This document shows positions 48,835 to 61,316 of a DNA stretch of 64,000 bases, one piece after another; position 1 is the first letter of the stretch, and each line of letters begins with the position of its first letter. Origin of the DNA: Massalongia carnosa (Eukaryota); NCBI GenBank assembly GCA_965645245.1, contig OZ287079.1, positions 310,001 through 374,000 on the forward strand, read 5' to 3'. A program made the position numbers and the translations under genes. Below the pieces are notes generated by a model. That model was not told where the DNA came from. It saw only the letters and a program-made list of their open reading frames with translations, and did not search any database.

Positions 48835-49548
48835 ATGACAGGGACAACAGGTGATGCAAAATCCGGACCTCTTCGGTTTTGCACGGTTATCCGCCAGGAG
48901 CTGGTTCGGATAAACGACGGGGGATCGGATAGGGAAGGATGGATGACAGGGGGGAGATGGAGGCTATATAGAGGGCCAAAGCAGTCCTACATCTCCTCAT
49001 CATCTCGGATTCGGAGGTAGCACTGCATAGTAGTTTTTGAGTCCGATCCAACAATCCTCCAACCTAACGAACAATCTATCCTTCTTCCCTTCTTCATCTT
49101 CGATAAACACGTATAAACCTAGCTCCGCTCTACTCCCTTCCGTAAACAGAATGCCTACTACCCGCCGCATTGCGTCCACCGCCGACGATAGCGGCTCCAC
49201 TGGCCCCCTCACCCCCCTTGTGCCTGACTCTCAGCCGACCTCCGCAACAATGCAGGCCGGCCAGCCAGCGGAAGAAGGGCCTACACGCCCCGGTACCCCT
49301 GATGAGCTACTTGAACTTCGCGTACAACGCGACATTTTGGTACGAGAGGGGCGCCAGGCCGAAATGAGAAAGCTTAGGAAGGAAATTGTCGACAGACAGG
49401 CCCCTCAATAATCTTCAAACCCGGACCGGATTTGGGGGATACATAACCAATTCAAACAGAAATACTCCAACGCCCTACCCTTACCATCGGTATAACACAG
49501 GCAAGGACTGCTGAGACTGCAGATACCAACACTTCTGCAGCAACAACT
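48835..49548 (+). mobile_element. Possible tyrosine-recombinase retrotransposon (DIRS/Ngaro) gag remnant
   Basis: TATA, then MPTTRR... coiled-coil N-terminus and a degenerate finger YHRYNTGKDC*DCRYQHFCSN. Confidence 0.4.
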
Positions 49549-49975
49549 TAAGGTTCATTGAATGTCGCCATGTTCAGTGAAGTCTGTCCTGTCCCTATGT
49601 TCCGAGGGTTCATTGAACGTCGTCACGTTTATTGAACTTACCTCATTAGCCTTATTTGTCAGGTTGGGCCCTGACACAAAATGTCTCGGGCCTCATCTTG
49701 GCCAATCCCGAAATGATGAGGTCTGATCGCATACCTTTCTCCTCATGTTTTGTTCGAGGCTCGACATCCCATGGCTTCTCCACATATATAGACGGCTGAA
49801 TGTCTATCTTTACTATTAATTTATCTTTATCTTAATAATCCGTGCCTCTGTTATAGACCTGTGTTGAAGTAATAACTTTTATGATCTATCCAAACACGCT
49901 ATTGATAAGAAAAACTCTTCTTTCATCGGTTACTTTCGTTCTTCCTTATATGTTTTGTCTTTGTCCCAGAAGATT

Positions 49976-52523
49976 ATGGCTACCGCTCCTATCACACCCG
50001 TTAACCGCAGATCTGTGACCGCGAGGACCCCAAGAACAGCTAGTAATGGCGAATCGCTTGTTGGTACAATCTATACTGCCATTGAACACGAGTTCTTAGA
50101 ATGGCTTCGAAATCCCGAGAATGCCGAGAGGAATAAATTTCGAATAAGTCACGAACAGAGACGCGAATACAAGACTTTCTTGAAAGATCCTACTAGAAAA
50201 GGAACCACTCCGAAGCTTCGTAATTGGAGAAATCGAGCCATCAACAATTTCACTCTGCAAGATGGTCAGCTTTATCATCTGGGGGGGGCAAAGAGTAACC
50301 TTCGAAAGGTAGTCATGATGGACGATGTCTGGGAGTTTGTTTGGCCACTGCACGTTCAGGGTGGCCACATGGGACGAGACAAGACGTGGGCAGAGGTTCG
50401 AGACAGGTATTTGTTACGACCCTAGTAGGGATAGGACATCCTACTATGGATCGAACAGATAAACCGTTCTGGGTTTAGACCCAGCGGGAAGCTTACCTGG
50501 CTCACTGGCGAGCAGAGCGAGCAGATGCTCACCGGGCTCACGGGCGAGCAGAGTGAGCAAGGACTATATAGGTAGCGAAGATTCCCTTATGGAAGCTTCG
50601 TGTTCAATCCTCCCTACCATCTTAACTTCATAGTTACAATCTTCTGCATTGACGATTGTTCCCATCTACGTGAAGCTATTCCCGTTGCACCTGACGAATA
50701 CTACAGACCGCTCTATATAAGACCAAACACTCCTCGCGCCTGAGGCACCGAAGAAAACGCGTAGCAGTATTATAGAATTACCAAGGAGGAAGTGGCCTGG
50801 ATCGTTGATCATTGCGAGTTATGTAACCAGAACAGGCCTTCTACCACGAATGCGCCGTTGACTGTCATCTCTAGCAACAATCTATTTGAACGAGTTCAAG
50901 TAGATCTCATAGATATGAGAGCCGAGCCCGACGGGATATATATATGGATATTACATGTGAAAGTAAGTGAATGAGAGTTGACGACAATAAAGATTGGCTG
51001 ACATCTTTTCTGAACAGGATCATTTCGCCAAAATCTCTTTTCTCTGGCCTCTTTCTTCCAATCACGCCGTCGATATGGCTGATGCCATGATTCCTTGGCT
51101 GATTTGCTTTGGGCCTATGAAATACGCGCAGGCAGACAACGGAGGTGAATTTAAGGGAGCTCTTTTGATCTTGCTAAGAAGGCACGGTATTGGAATCATC
51201 AATGGGAACCCTAGACACCCCCAATCACAAGGTCACGTAGAACAAGGCAACGGCACGGTTAAGGCACGGATTCATGCTTGGATGAAGGATAACAAAACCG
51301 ATCGTTGGTCCTCTGGATTATTGGAGGTATGTCTTTCATATCATTTTATTAATGCTGTTCTTTGATTAGCAAATTCTTCTAATATCTATTAGGTTTGTTT
51401 GGGAATCAATCGTACTCAACACAGTGCTACTGGTCAAAGACCCTATGAGACTGTATTCGGTAGTCGTCGTCCTTATCTAGATGGATGGGTTCTTGAGAAT
51501 CGAAAGCACAAGAAGCTGATCAATGAAGACGGGGCTATATCGGATGATGAAGACAGCATAAACTTTCAGACTCGCTTTGAACGTACCGAGGCAGAGGAAT
51601 CCATAGAGAATCTACCCTTTGCTGACGAAGATCAAACACCTCGTATGCAGTTTACGAATTTCGTTCTTCCATCAGCGAGTGCTACAAGATATGTTAGTCA
51701 GGAAGAGGAACGACAGAATTTGAATGACGATCAATCATCGTTTGAGGGGTTTGATCCTGATAATTCGAATCCTGATATTAATGCTGACAATAGTCGTTCG
51801 CCGTCGACTTCCTCTCTCAACCCTCAGGTCAATGAGGTCTCTCGTTCTGCATCGAACTCGGAAACTCTTCAAACTTTCGAAGGATCGTCCTTATCTCAGC
51901 AGGAAGGCATCGATATCACTGTTCTTAAAGCTCGCCAGCGTCTGCAAACATCCCGAAAACAAATGGCAACCAGTTATAATAGACGCACCAAGGCTCAGAT
52001 CTTTCAACCTGGTCAGATTGTCACCGTGAAGATACCAAAGATCGACAGATCAACGGCTACTGGATCTCGTCGTTGCTATGCGGAGATCCTTCGAGCTAAG
52101 AACAGCCGATACGAGATGCGAACAGAATACGGGGTTTTGGATAGATGGTATGCGGCAAGGGATATTTGTGTTGTTCCTGAAGCTCTAGCCAGAAATAAAT
52201 CCATTCCCGTCAGCGACAGGAAGGTGTCATTGAGAGAGGTGGCTAGACAAGAATCCAATTCAGGTAACCCTTCTTCGTCAATAACATTCAAAGCCGAAGA
52301 ATGATAAGTCTAACAAAATTCAGGTCGTCCACGAATTTCCTGTCGCTGTAAAAAGCTACCATGCACCGGAAGATTTCGCTGTCGCAAGGCCGAAAAGAAA
52401 TGCAGCATTTACTGGCACGGCAAAGACAAGCTATGCGAAAACGAGTCAGAAGGTTCAGCTTTTAATGAGAATGCGATCATTGATGTTTCTGTTCCTGCTA
52501 TCGATGCAGAAACATATGATTAG
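49976..52523 (+). pseudogene. Intron-containing rve integrase/transposase (HHCC, DDE, C-terminal CXC). Introns 50963-51017, 51327-51392, 52264-52323, solo LTR at 50412-50766
   Basis: Reconstruction gives HVQGGHMGRDKTW..RYYRITKEEV..CELC, VQVDLID, KDHFAK, ADNGGEF, PRHPQSQGHVE, N...HSATGQRPYE and SCRCKKLPCTGR.RCRKA.KKCSIY.H. Confidence 0.88.
50412..50766. mobile_element. Solo LTR in the integrase zinc finger
   Basis: TGTTACG...CGTAGCA with GTATT TSD. Removal restores the reading frame. Confidence 0.9.
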
Positions 52524-52923
52524 ACGAATGTAGATGAACGGATTTAGATAGATAGTTCTAACTGAGAGATGCAATTTCGGTATCACTATTTAAAGCTTGT
52601 AGACGTCGAATCATTGGATTATAGACACTCGTATCGTATGTGACGTCTCGAAAATAAAGTTAGCTATATCGATTCTTGATGGCGTAATAGGCTCGGTCCT
52701 CGACAGCGCAAGGGGCTCCGTCCTCGACAACGCAAGGGACTCGGTCCTCGACGGCGCAATGAGCTGGGTGCTTGACGACGTAAGAGGTTTGCGAGCTTTC
52801 TGAGTTATAACCTCTAATAGGTGGCATTTCGTCCATAGCATGGCCACCGTGGCTTAGTTGGCAAAAACTAACCGTTTGACTCTGTAGATTTTTTTTTCTA
52901 TACAGGAACGAGATGCGATGGTA

Positions 52924-55474
52924 ATCGTCGGCTCGCTTACCTCCGGGATCCGACTTGAAAAAATGTCGACCGCATTTTAGTCGGGGAAAGCGGTTGCATC
53001 CCTGAACGCGGTTGCATCCCCCCAAATTCAAATTTCTTTATCTTTTTGATCATTGACTAACAACCACATTGATTAAAAATCAGCCGATACCGTACATAGC
53101 TTGAAAATCATCGCCGTCATCATCACCGTCGTCAAATCATTTCCCTTGACCCCCCTGACCCCCTGACCCTCGTGATTCTCCGCTTACTCCGCATACCCCG
53201 CATACCCCGCATTCTAACAATCATTCGCATCTCCTGGTTTAAAAGATGCTTCCGAATCGAATTCTTTCAATGACTCTTCCAAATCGAAAGATACGAAATC
53301 ATCTCGTAGCCTTGTTTCTCCTTCTGGAAGATCTGGAAGGATTGAATTATCTCCATGACCAGTGCTATCTACGATAAACGTGACATCTTCCTCATTGACA
53401 TTGGCACTCGGATTCTTTCTAATTTCTTTCTTCGCTTCCTCAGCTATCCATACCTCATTCGTGGCCTTCCATAATGCCTCGGGGTCAGGAATCTTCCCAT
53501 ACATCTCAATTGGAATGGGACCGAGCATTTTCTGCATTTCTTTCAGCTGTTTGACTCGATCTCTTTCTGCTTTTCGAGCAGCCAATCCCTTGACATGCAT
53601 TTCGTCTCTTTCTATTCGCCATAGCTTCATGAAGCTATTATTCGCTCGTTTCTCCTCAGCCTCTTGATCCTGTTGTAGTCTGATGGCTATAGCTTGCTTT
53701 GCATCTTCCGCTGTGATTCCCAATCTTCCGGTTTCTGGTCTCAGACGCTTACGAGACATTCGTGTGTTATTTAACTGACTTCTTCTTGATTCTCGATGCA
53801 TTTCCAGCTCCGTGCCATCGATAATCACATTCGAAACAACTTCATTTGTATTGTCTACAAATGAGTCCCATTCCTCAGCCCGAGCGGGATCATTCCATTG
53901 CATGGATTTTCTGATTTTCGGTCCCCATTGACTCAAATCATACTCAATGTCAGCTACTTTTGTCGGTTGGATTTGACGAGGTAGGGGTAGAGGTAATGAG
54001 GGCTTATTATTCAGACTGTTTAATGAAGCATTGGGATCATTGGGATTGAAATTTTTCAACTGACGAATGCATGCCTTTGGATCAATCGGCCACATTCCCG
54101 ACTTTTCAAATTCATGCCGAATCGTAGAAGTCTTGAATGTATGATTTCTGATTTTGGTCAAGTCCTGCATAAATTGAGACAGAGAATACTCGACAAATGA
54201 CGACGCAACGACTTCCTCAATAGCTTTGCAATGCCAATGCTTATAAGGCTGAAATACGCCCACATCCAATGGTTGCATGCAATGAGTTAAATGCGGTATA
54301 AAGAGAAAGGGTCAAATGCGATTCTCATTGGCCAAAAGTGAAAATTCAGGGGTTGTATGACTGCCGTGATTATCCATCAGCAATAATTGCCATCCCGCAT
54401 CAGGTCCTGCAATTTGTATGTTTGATGAGATGCTTCAAATATTCAATTGCTATCTTATCAGATGTAAAACCACTGTTCGAGGGCACGACATACGTGCCCT
54501 CGGGCACACCTTCCAAAAACCATGTGGCCATGATGTCATGACCCTGTACGATGATCATTGGAGGGTTGGATAGTCGCCGGCAGCATTGATAGTCTCAATA
54601 ACTGTCGCAGATCTGCGATTTTCCGGGCTGACGGCGTAGAATTGTTTGATTTCCGCAGATACAATAATTTCCTGACCCCTCATGCATCCAACCCGAAAAC
54701 CAGCTTCATCAAAGTTCAAAATGTTCCGACTTTTTCGAATTTTCAACTCTTTTAACACCTTTCTATACCTTTCAAACCATTCTATCACATCTGATTCTTG
54801 GGCAGCTTCATAACGAATTATTGCTAGTGGTTTTGTCTTTATTTTATGAAGTTTGTTACATTTCCACCAGCTCCGAAACCATCTTCTTGACGGGCCTACC
54901 TCGAGGGGGTTATGGGCCCTTTTCAGACTTACAATAGCCTTGAAAACCATCTGAAGTGTAGGAAGAATTCCATGCATCAATAAGGACTTAATAAAGCCAG
55001 TAATTGACCTTGCCTCATGCTCCCTCAGTATCTGATTTTGTCCTCCATTTTTCCTTCCTTCTGGTCGACGAATAGAAGACGTCAAAGTTTTGACGTTGAT
55101 ATTGTAGATTCTAGCTGCAGTCGTTTTACTTTCTTTGGGATGATTTGTCAGAAATTCCTTCGCCTTTTCCAATCTTTCCATTGGGTTGAGAGTGGAGACA
55201 AGGGAGGCGTCGTTATTCATGATTCGAAAGGGGAGATTGGTTTGGGGGATTGATTCGAAAAGAAAGGATTTGAATTGATGATCAGTTGGGTCGGAGAAAT
55301 GATTTTCAAGCTATATACGGTATCGGCTGATTTTTAATCAATGTGGTTGTTGGTCAATGATCAAAAAGATGAAGAAATTTGAATTTGGGGGGATGCAACC
55401 GCTTTCCGGGATGCAACCGCTTTCCCCGACTAAAATGCGGTCGACATTTTTTCAAGTCGGATCCCGGCGACGAT
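52924..55474 (-). mobile_element. pogo family A, most complete copy (~190-bp TIRs)
   Basis: TA TSD. TIRs carry GAAAGCGGTTGCATCCC repeats. The empty site is visible in the paralogous Ginger copy at ~37833. Confidence 0.95.
53214..55220 (-). pseudogene. Family A DDE_1 transposase with frameshifts around 54300-54570
   Basis: LNFDEAGFR and MQPLDVGVFQPYKHWH, with a long charged C-terminal extension. Confidence 0.9.
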
Positions 55475-55750
55475 TAGGAGGCGTCGATGAGGACAGGAAG
55501 GCGCAGTCGCGGCAGGTAGGTGCAGGCACGGCAGGAAGGTGCAGATAGATGCAGCTAGATCCAGGCAGATGCAATACAATGCATCTTTTTAAAAGCGGCA
55601 GTTAGTCGAGTCATGAAGTCATCAATAAACTGGGTCATTCATGAATAGACGTCCATTCATGAATGGCCGGTCAGTTTACAAAAGAACCGGTTTATTCATA
55701 AAGTAACGTAGTTGATTCATGAAAAAAAAAATTCATGCCTCGACCAGAAC

Positions 55751-56001
55751 TGTTATGATCTACCTAGAGACAAGTCATAGGGACACTAGAAACGAATACA
55801 ATAAAGATGAAGAAGGAAAAAGACAATCGATAACCAGAACCTGCCCCTATATATCCTCTACTGCGCTACTACTCATGTGGTATAGTCGTCATGGAACCTT
55901 CTAGCAGCTGCGGGAACGAAATCGAAAGCGCCTGCGTGTTCCATCTACGATTGCCCTAGGCGGTGCCGAGTGCCGAGGTCGTGCCGTGTAGAATCGTGAC
56001 A
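55751..56001. mobile_element. Solo LTR inserted 1 bp inside the Ginger right terminus
   Basis: TGTTATGAT...ATCGTGACA with AGAAC TSD (55746-55750, 56002-56006). Confidence 0.88.
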
Positions 56002-57919
56002 AGAACACACGCACCGTCACCGGGTAATGACGAATAACTTTAATCTGACCAATCAGATTTACTACATTTTCCCTTTTCGACAATAATGGGTACAACACCT
56101 CAATTACCCCTCATGATCTATGTAAAATGTCCAAACATGCTTCCTTTTTACAACAAGGCCCACAGCTCTTACAATGCCAGATAGTCTGACTTGCACGTCT
56201 TCTTTTGTTGCAATTTTCTTCAATTTCGGTAAGTGGTGGGCGTCGTTTGAGCTTGGGCAGCTGACTTTTGCAGGCCAAACAATAGTCCTTCTTAGATAAA
56301 TGCTCCCATTTGCATACTACCTCGTCCGAAATTGATGATGCTGAGACGCCTTTTCGTAGGACACCTCCTTGATTGGTAAGTAGAGTTTTGACTATTTCCT
56401 TTTGAAGTTCCGAATGACTGAGTCTCGAATCAGGATAAAGAATCGACCACAATTTGAAGGCATTCAGCACGGCCCATTTTAAAAAAAAGATAAATAATGG
56501 CCACCAGTATCGTCGATCAGATCATTCAGGGCAATAGTACGATCTTTGCTGAGCATTTCCATCTGACCCGCCCATGTGCTGGTTATATTCCACGATTGGC
56601 TTGGGAAATGAAAGCTTTTCTTCTTCATCAACGATGACTTTGGAATTTGCAGGAATTCTATGACGTCGACGAGCATTCTTGTAGAAAGCTCTCTCCATAT
56701 CCTCAATTGTATGCACTGTGGTTATGAATTGTACGGTGTTTAGATCTACCCATGCAATACACAGAATGTCTCCTTCTTCCACGATTATGTCTTTTTTAAC
56801 TATGGTTATTGCCTTCTTCCCCCAGTCTTTATTCTTGGTGGTAGCAGCACGAAGACGTAGTAAATCAACTGGAAATCCACATCCCGATTTGGCCGTCCCA
56901 CAAGCCCCAATTCCAATGCTTTTCAATGCTTTGAAAAGTCTGGTATTGGTGAAGAACTTATCAAAGAAAACGACGTATTTTGACGTCTCATAAGAAGGTA
57001 AATTCCGACACAGTTGAATGAAAACCAGATAAGGTGGGGTTAAATTCGATTTGCTGACTGAAAAATGTAATTGTCGAGCTGTTTTCAACTCACTAAATTT
57101 TGACACCTAGTTATCAAGGTTAGTTAGCTCATTTTCAGCTCATTTTTCAGCTCATCCTTTGACTCACCTTAGAGGTAAATAAGAAGTCGAAAAGATAATT
57201 TTCCTGACATAGACTATAGATTTTGAAGCCGACACTAGCCGCCTTGGTGGCTATTTGCATGGTATGGCAACTCCGTCCCCTGAATAAAATCAATTGCTCA
57301 TCAACTGATAAATGACTGCCCGGTATCCAGTATTTTTTTGAAGCTGTACGAAAATTCGTGGCCAATGGTTCCAGCTTTTTCCACCAATCAGGACCTCGCG
57401 TATCAATCTTCTCATCTTCGTAGGGGTTGGATATCTTCAAAAGTCGCTTGATTTGCTCCCATCCTTTAAGTCTCATGGCTTGACTAATCATTTCATGAAT
57501 GGCAAAGTTTGAAGTGGTATTCCAATAGTCGGTGCTACGAGGCATAAGAGCTAGGCCCATATACTCGTATTCACCCCCATTTGCAACACATCCCCATTTG
57601 CAACACGCTATTCAGTAAGCACCCCACCAAAATCCGAAAAACTTTTACCTTTCAGCTTCGCATGCCACTAAAATTGCTAGTAATTGCAAGCCAACTGATG
57701 AAGTCGGTTCGGAATAATCTGAACATTTGACCTTAAATATAACCCAATGGCTGCATCAAAAAAACTGGAATTGAGCTTTGTATGTACGTTTAAACCTTAT
57801 CTTTTCACTCCCCCTCCTTTTCCACCCCACTTTCCAGCTGTCTGACAGCAGCAGACTGTCCTAATAACTTTCCCTTGACCAATCGATGTCCTCTAATCAA
57901 CGAGGTCTTCCAGTTTAAG

Positions 57920-58368
57920 TGTTAGGGGAGGGCTGGAGAGATACAAGACTCTATCTTGCAGAACGGATATCTAGATATACTAAAACTAGAAGTTGAGAAT
58001 AATACACAAGACGTCCGATAGAGAGCTCTAAACACCTGGAAAACCACATATACTTTATAGCCATGTCTTTCAACTCCCCTATTCTCGACTTGCCCCATCT
58101 CGGTTCCTATACTAATTTCCTTAATATGATTGCTTTGACCTATCCCGCCTTTATCTGTGCTGAAGCAATTTCTCTGTACTGGGCAGTCTCAGTCATAAGC
58201 CTGGATAGTGGAGACGTTGAGATTGGATACGGATGGTAGGAGATTGATAGTACGCTGAGGGCGGCAGAAGAACGCCTGAGTACTATGGGTGAGGTTTTAC
58301 AGCAATGGGCCCTGTTAAATACTAACCCGATCAGGACAAGTAGGAGGGTGCGAAGCGATTCCGTGACA
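57920..58368. mobile_element. Solo LTR (same family as 60458-60881, opposite orientation)
   Basis: TG...CA with TTAAG TSD. Confidence 0.9.
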
Positions 58369-58771
58369 TTAAGCTTCGAAAAAGCGATACTGTTGATCAA
58401 GAAGGCGTTGCTTGTGTTGGATCGGAGGAAGCTTTTTTAGGATGGGTCCTGAAGTCCCATCAACATCATTTGACAGATAAACTCAGGGCAAATAAACATG
58501 TGAAAGGACTATTTATACGTACAGAGACTTTTTATTGGCTCGGAGGAGGAGGATCATGCGTACGAGGCGAGTTTCTAGTTCTTTAATCAAGCCTATGCGA
58601 CGACTTTATTGTCCTACCACTTCGACTGATGCACATTTCTTTCATTCTATTCGCCTCCGGCTCAATCATGAAAGTCTTTTTTGGCAATAAATTTCCTCTC
58701 GATCGCTTCTTGATAGGACTGGGCGAGAGAAGTATGATTGAATCCGAAGGCGGAGGAAGCATCGGAGGCCT

Positions 58772-60420
58772 TTAAAGAGCTTTCCTGATAGGACTGCGTT
58801 GTTTTGACTCCATGAATAAATCGGGACTGAGTTTGTTGAAAGATTTCACCAAAAGATTGATCTCTTTGGTCATTTGTTTATCAGTCTTTTCCTTTTCTTT
58901 GCTAGCTAGTTTTTGCTCTCGTTCCTCGAGAACCTCCGAATTCATGATTCTAGCAGTACAATTATGTCCCTTCGCTCGATTTGCTCTCTCGTGTTTACGA
59001 CGAGCAGCTACAAGAAGTTCTTCGTTTGTAAGCTTGAGAAGATGACTGCTTGCCAACGCGGATTTGCAGGCCTTTCCAAGCTTGTCGAGAATCAATTGAT
59101 TTGAGTCATTGTCAGTCAATTGCTCCATCAAATTATTGACTTGAGCAGCATTTACTGAAGTAAATGCCACTGAAACAGAGACATCATTTGAACTCGTGAC
59201 TGTCATTTTCGGAGGCGTAGAAGGATAAGGTGGACTAGGAAGTTTTTGAAGAACTATAGCAGGATTGAATGGAAACAACCCACTTTTGGGTCAGGCATGC
59301 AGAATATTTTGAGTGGATAAAGCTCTGTTTCGAGCCTTTTAATAAAGAAGCAGAAAGTCTGATTTATGAATTGAATAACCAACTCCTAGTCTAGTATACT
59401 TCTCCAGTTCCACCCGATAGGCCGTAGACAATGGATGAAAAACATCAACGTCTAAAAGGCTGAAGCATGTAGGTTGAATGAGAAGGAAGACATAAAAGAA
59501 TGATGTCTTTTTCCTTACAAAACTGAATCGCTTCTGAAGTAAGATGAGAAGCATGTCTATTGAGAATAAGAAGACGATAGCGACCTTTTAAATGGCTTCG
59601 TGTTTCCGGTTCAAAACACTGCTTTAACCAATCCAGACCGATTTCATTGTTTGTCCATCCATTCTCACTGAGAGCAATGTGACTACCTTCTTTGATAAAT
59701 GAACGCCAGGCCTTTTGCTGTTGTTTACCTTTGAAAATAACCCATGGTTTAAGAACCGCTCCATCAGCAGATACACATTCGATTAGAGAAACCCATTCTC
59801 TATTACCGCATTGAGTCAATAATGCTGGTCGATCATGCTTAGAGCAAATTACTCTGAGCTTGCCCACTAGTCCCATAGCAAATCCTTTTTCATCCATATT
59901 GTAGCAGTTCTCCTCATTGAATCTATATTGATTAAAATTCTTTGCGTACAGCTGAAACCATTGATTGAGCATTTCCGCATTATGCATTAAAGCTCTTTCC
60001 TTGTCCAATGCCTGACAAAACACAGTATCCAACTCTTTATGACGGGATAAAAATTTGCTCACCCAATTGATACCCAAATCATTGCGATCGTCTCGCTTTA
60101 TCAGCATTTCTAACGCCATAAAGCGAAGTTGTAGGAGGCCAGCCCCATGCCTCAATTTGTATTGTCCAGTCCACGAGAGCGGATTCCCCCTCCGGAAGTA
60201 GTCGCTGCTGCAATAGAGCAGCTTCTTTAGGAGTTTTCGTTTCTGCAAGTCGTCTAGTAAGGGTGGAATGAATAATACCATGCTGACGGGCGATTTTTCG
60301 AACGGATGGCTTGTCTTCGAAAGCTTTGGGACCGGCTTCCCGGTCATTAAATGACCCTCTATAAGCAGCAATAGCAAGCTGAATGCGCTCCTCTTTGGGC
60401 AGTACGTCTGCTGAGTTCAT
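58772..60420 (-). pseudogene. Element C transposase with frameshifts
   Basis: SVRKIARQHGI HTH, YNMDEKGF, ENGWTNNEIG, LPSHSTYMLQP. The second catalytic Asp appears as Asn (LILNRH). Confidence 0.88.
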
Positions 60421-60457
60421 AATGAATTAATTGAGTTGATAATGCAGATAGAAGAGG

Positions 60458-60881
60458 TGTCACGGAATCGCTTCGCACCCTCCCGCTTGTCCTGATCGGG
60501 TTAGTATTTAACAGGGCCCATTGCTGTCATCCATCGTGCTCAGGCGTTCTTCTGCCGCCCTCAGCGCACTATCAATCTCCTACAATCCGCATCCAATCTC
60601 AACGTCTCCACTATCCAGGCTTATGACTGAGAGTGCTTCAGCACAGATAAAGGCGGGATAGGTCAAAGCAATCATGTTAAGGAAATTAGTACAGGAACAG
60701 AGACGGGGCAAGTCGAGAATAGGAGAGTTGAAAGCCATGGCTATAAAGTCTATGTGGTTTCCCAGGTGTTTAGAGCTCTTCATCGGACGTCTTGTGTATT
60801 ATTCTCTACTTCTAGTTTTAGCATATCTAGATATCCGTTCTGCAAGATAGAGTCTTGTATCTCTCCAGCCCTCCCCTGACA
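60458..60881. mobile_element. Solo LTR
   Basis: TG...CA with AGAGG TSD. Reverse complement of 57920-58368 with two small indels. Confidence 0.9.
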
Positions 60882-61316
60882 AGAGGGAGAAATGTAAAAA
60901 ATTTGATATACCGGAGTTAGCGGATTTTAATGCGGGTGCTTACTAACTAGCGTGTTGCAAATGGGGGTGAATACGAGTACAATAGAATTCCTAAAAAAGC
61001 TCCGATTTCTGAGGTAGAGGTGTCGTGCCAAAGGCGTTATTCTTTGCTGCGTCGACAGTACTCCTTCTTGGCTTTTTGTTAAATAAACAGTTGACGGCAT
61101 AATGTTGAAATTACTACGGAGGTGACTGCTTATAGCATGGCAGCCTGCAGGGCTAAGCGAGTATTCCAACACTTTTAAGTTAGAGAACAAGCTGTATGGA
61201 GTCTGATTTATCGTGGTCATTGTCTCCTCCGGCTGAGATGATCGAAATGGGATTGATATTGGAGTGTATTTGGAAGAAGATGAGGGGATAAAGTCAATAA
61301 TACTCTGTACGCTAGG

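Larger units (their letters stand above)
49550..56007 (+). mobile_element. Ginger/SCAND3-like integrase DNA transposon (copy 1). Left end not resolved
   Basis: Stand-alone spliced integrase without RT. The right end is ...CCTCGACCAGAACA after removing a solo LTR. 24-bp subterminal repeats at 52691-52760. Confidence 0.75.
57564..60977 (-). mobile_element. pogo/Fot1 element C carrying two solo LTRs
   Basis: TIR CTCGTATTCACCCCCATTTGCAACAC at both ends, TA TSD. Confidence 0.92.
56111..61316 (-). pseudogene. piggyBac-like transposase, degenerate, with one intron (~57110-57165), interrupted by pogo C
   Basis: LSVDEQ, GFKIYSLC, FFDKFFT, GIGACGT, YNQHMGGSD and a Cys-rich tail. Removing 57564-60977 restores EIGAFLGILLYMGL. 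Confidence 0.88.

Noticed and set aside
57920..60881. A transposon with ~420-bp TIRs
   Set aside because: Each arm has TG...CA ends and its own 5-bp TSD, so they are solo LTRs. The true TIRs are at 57564 and 60977.
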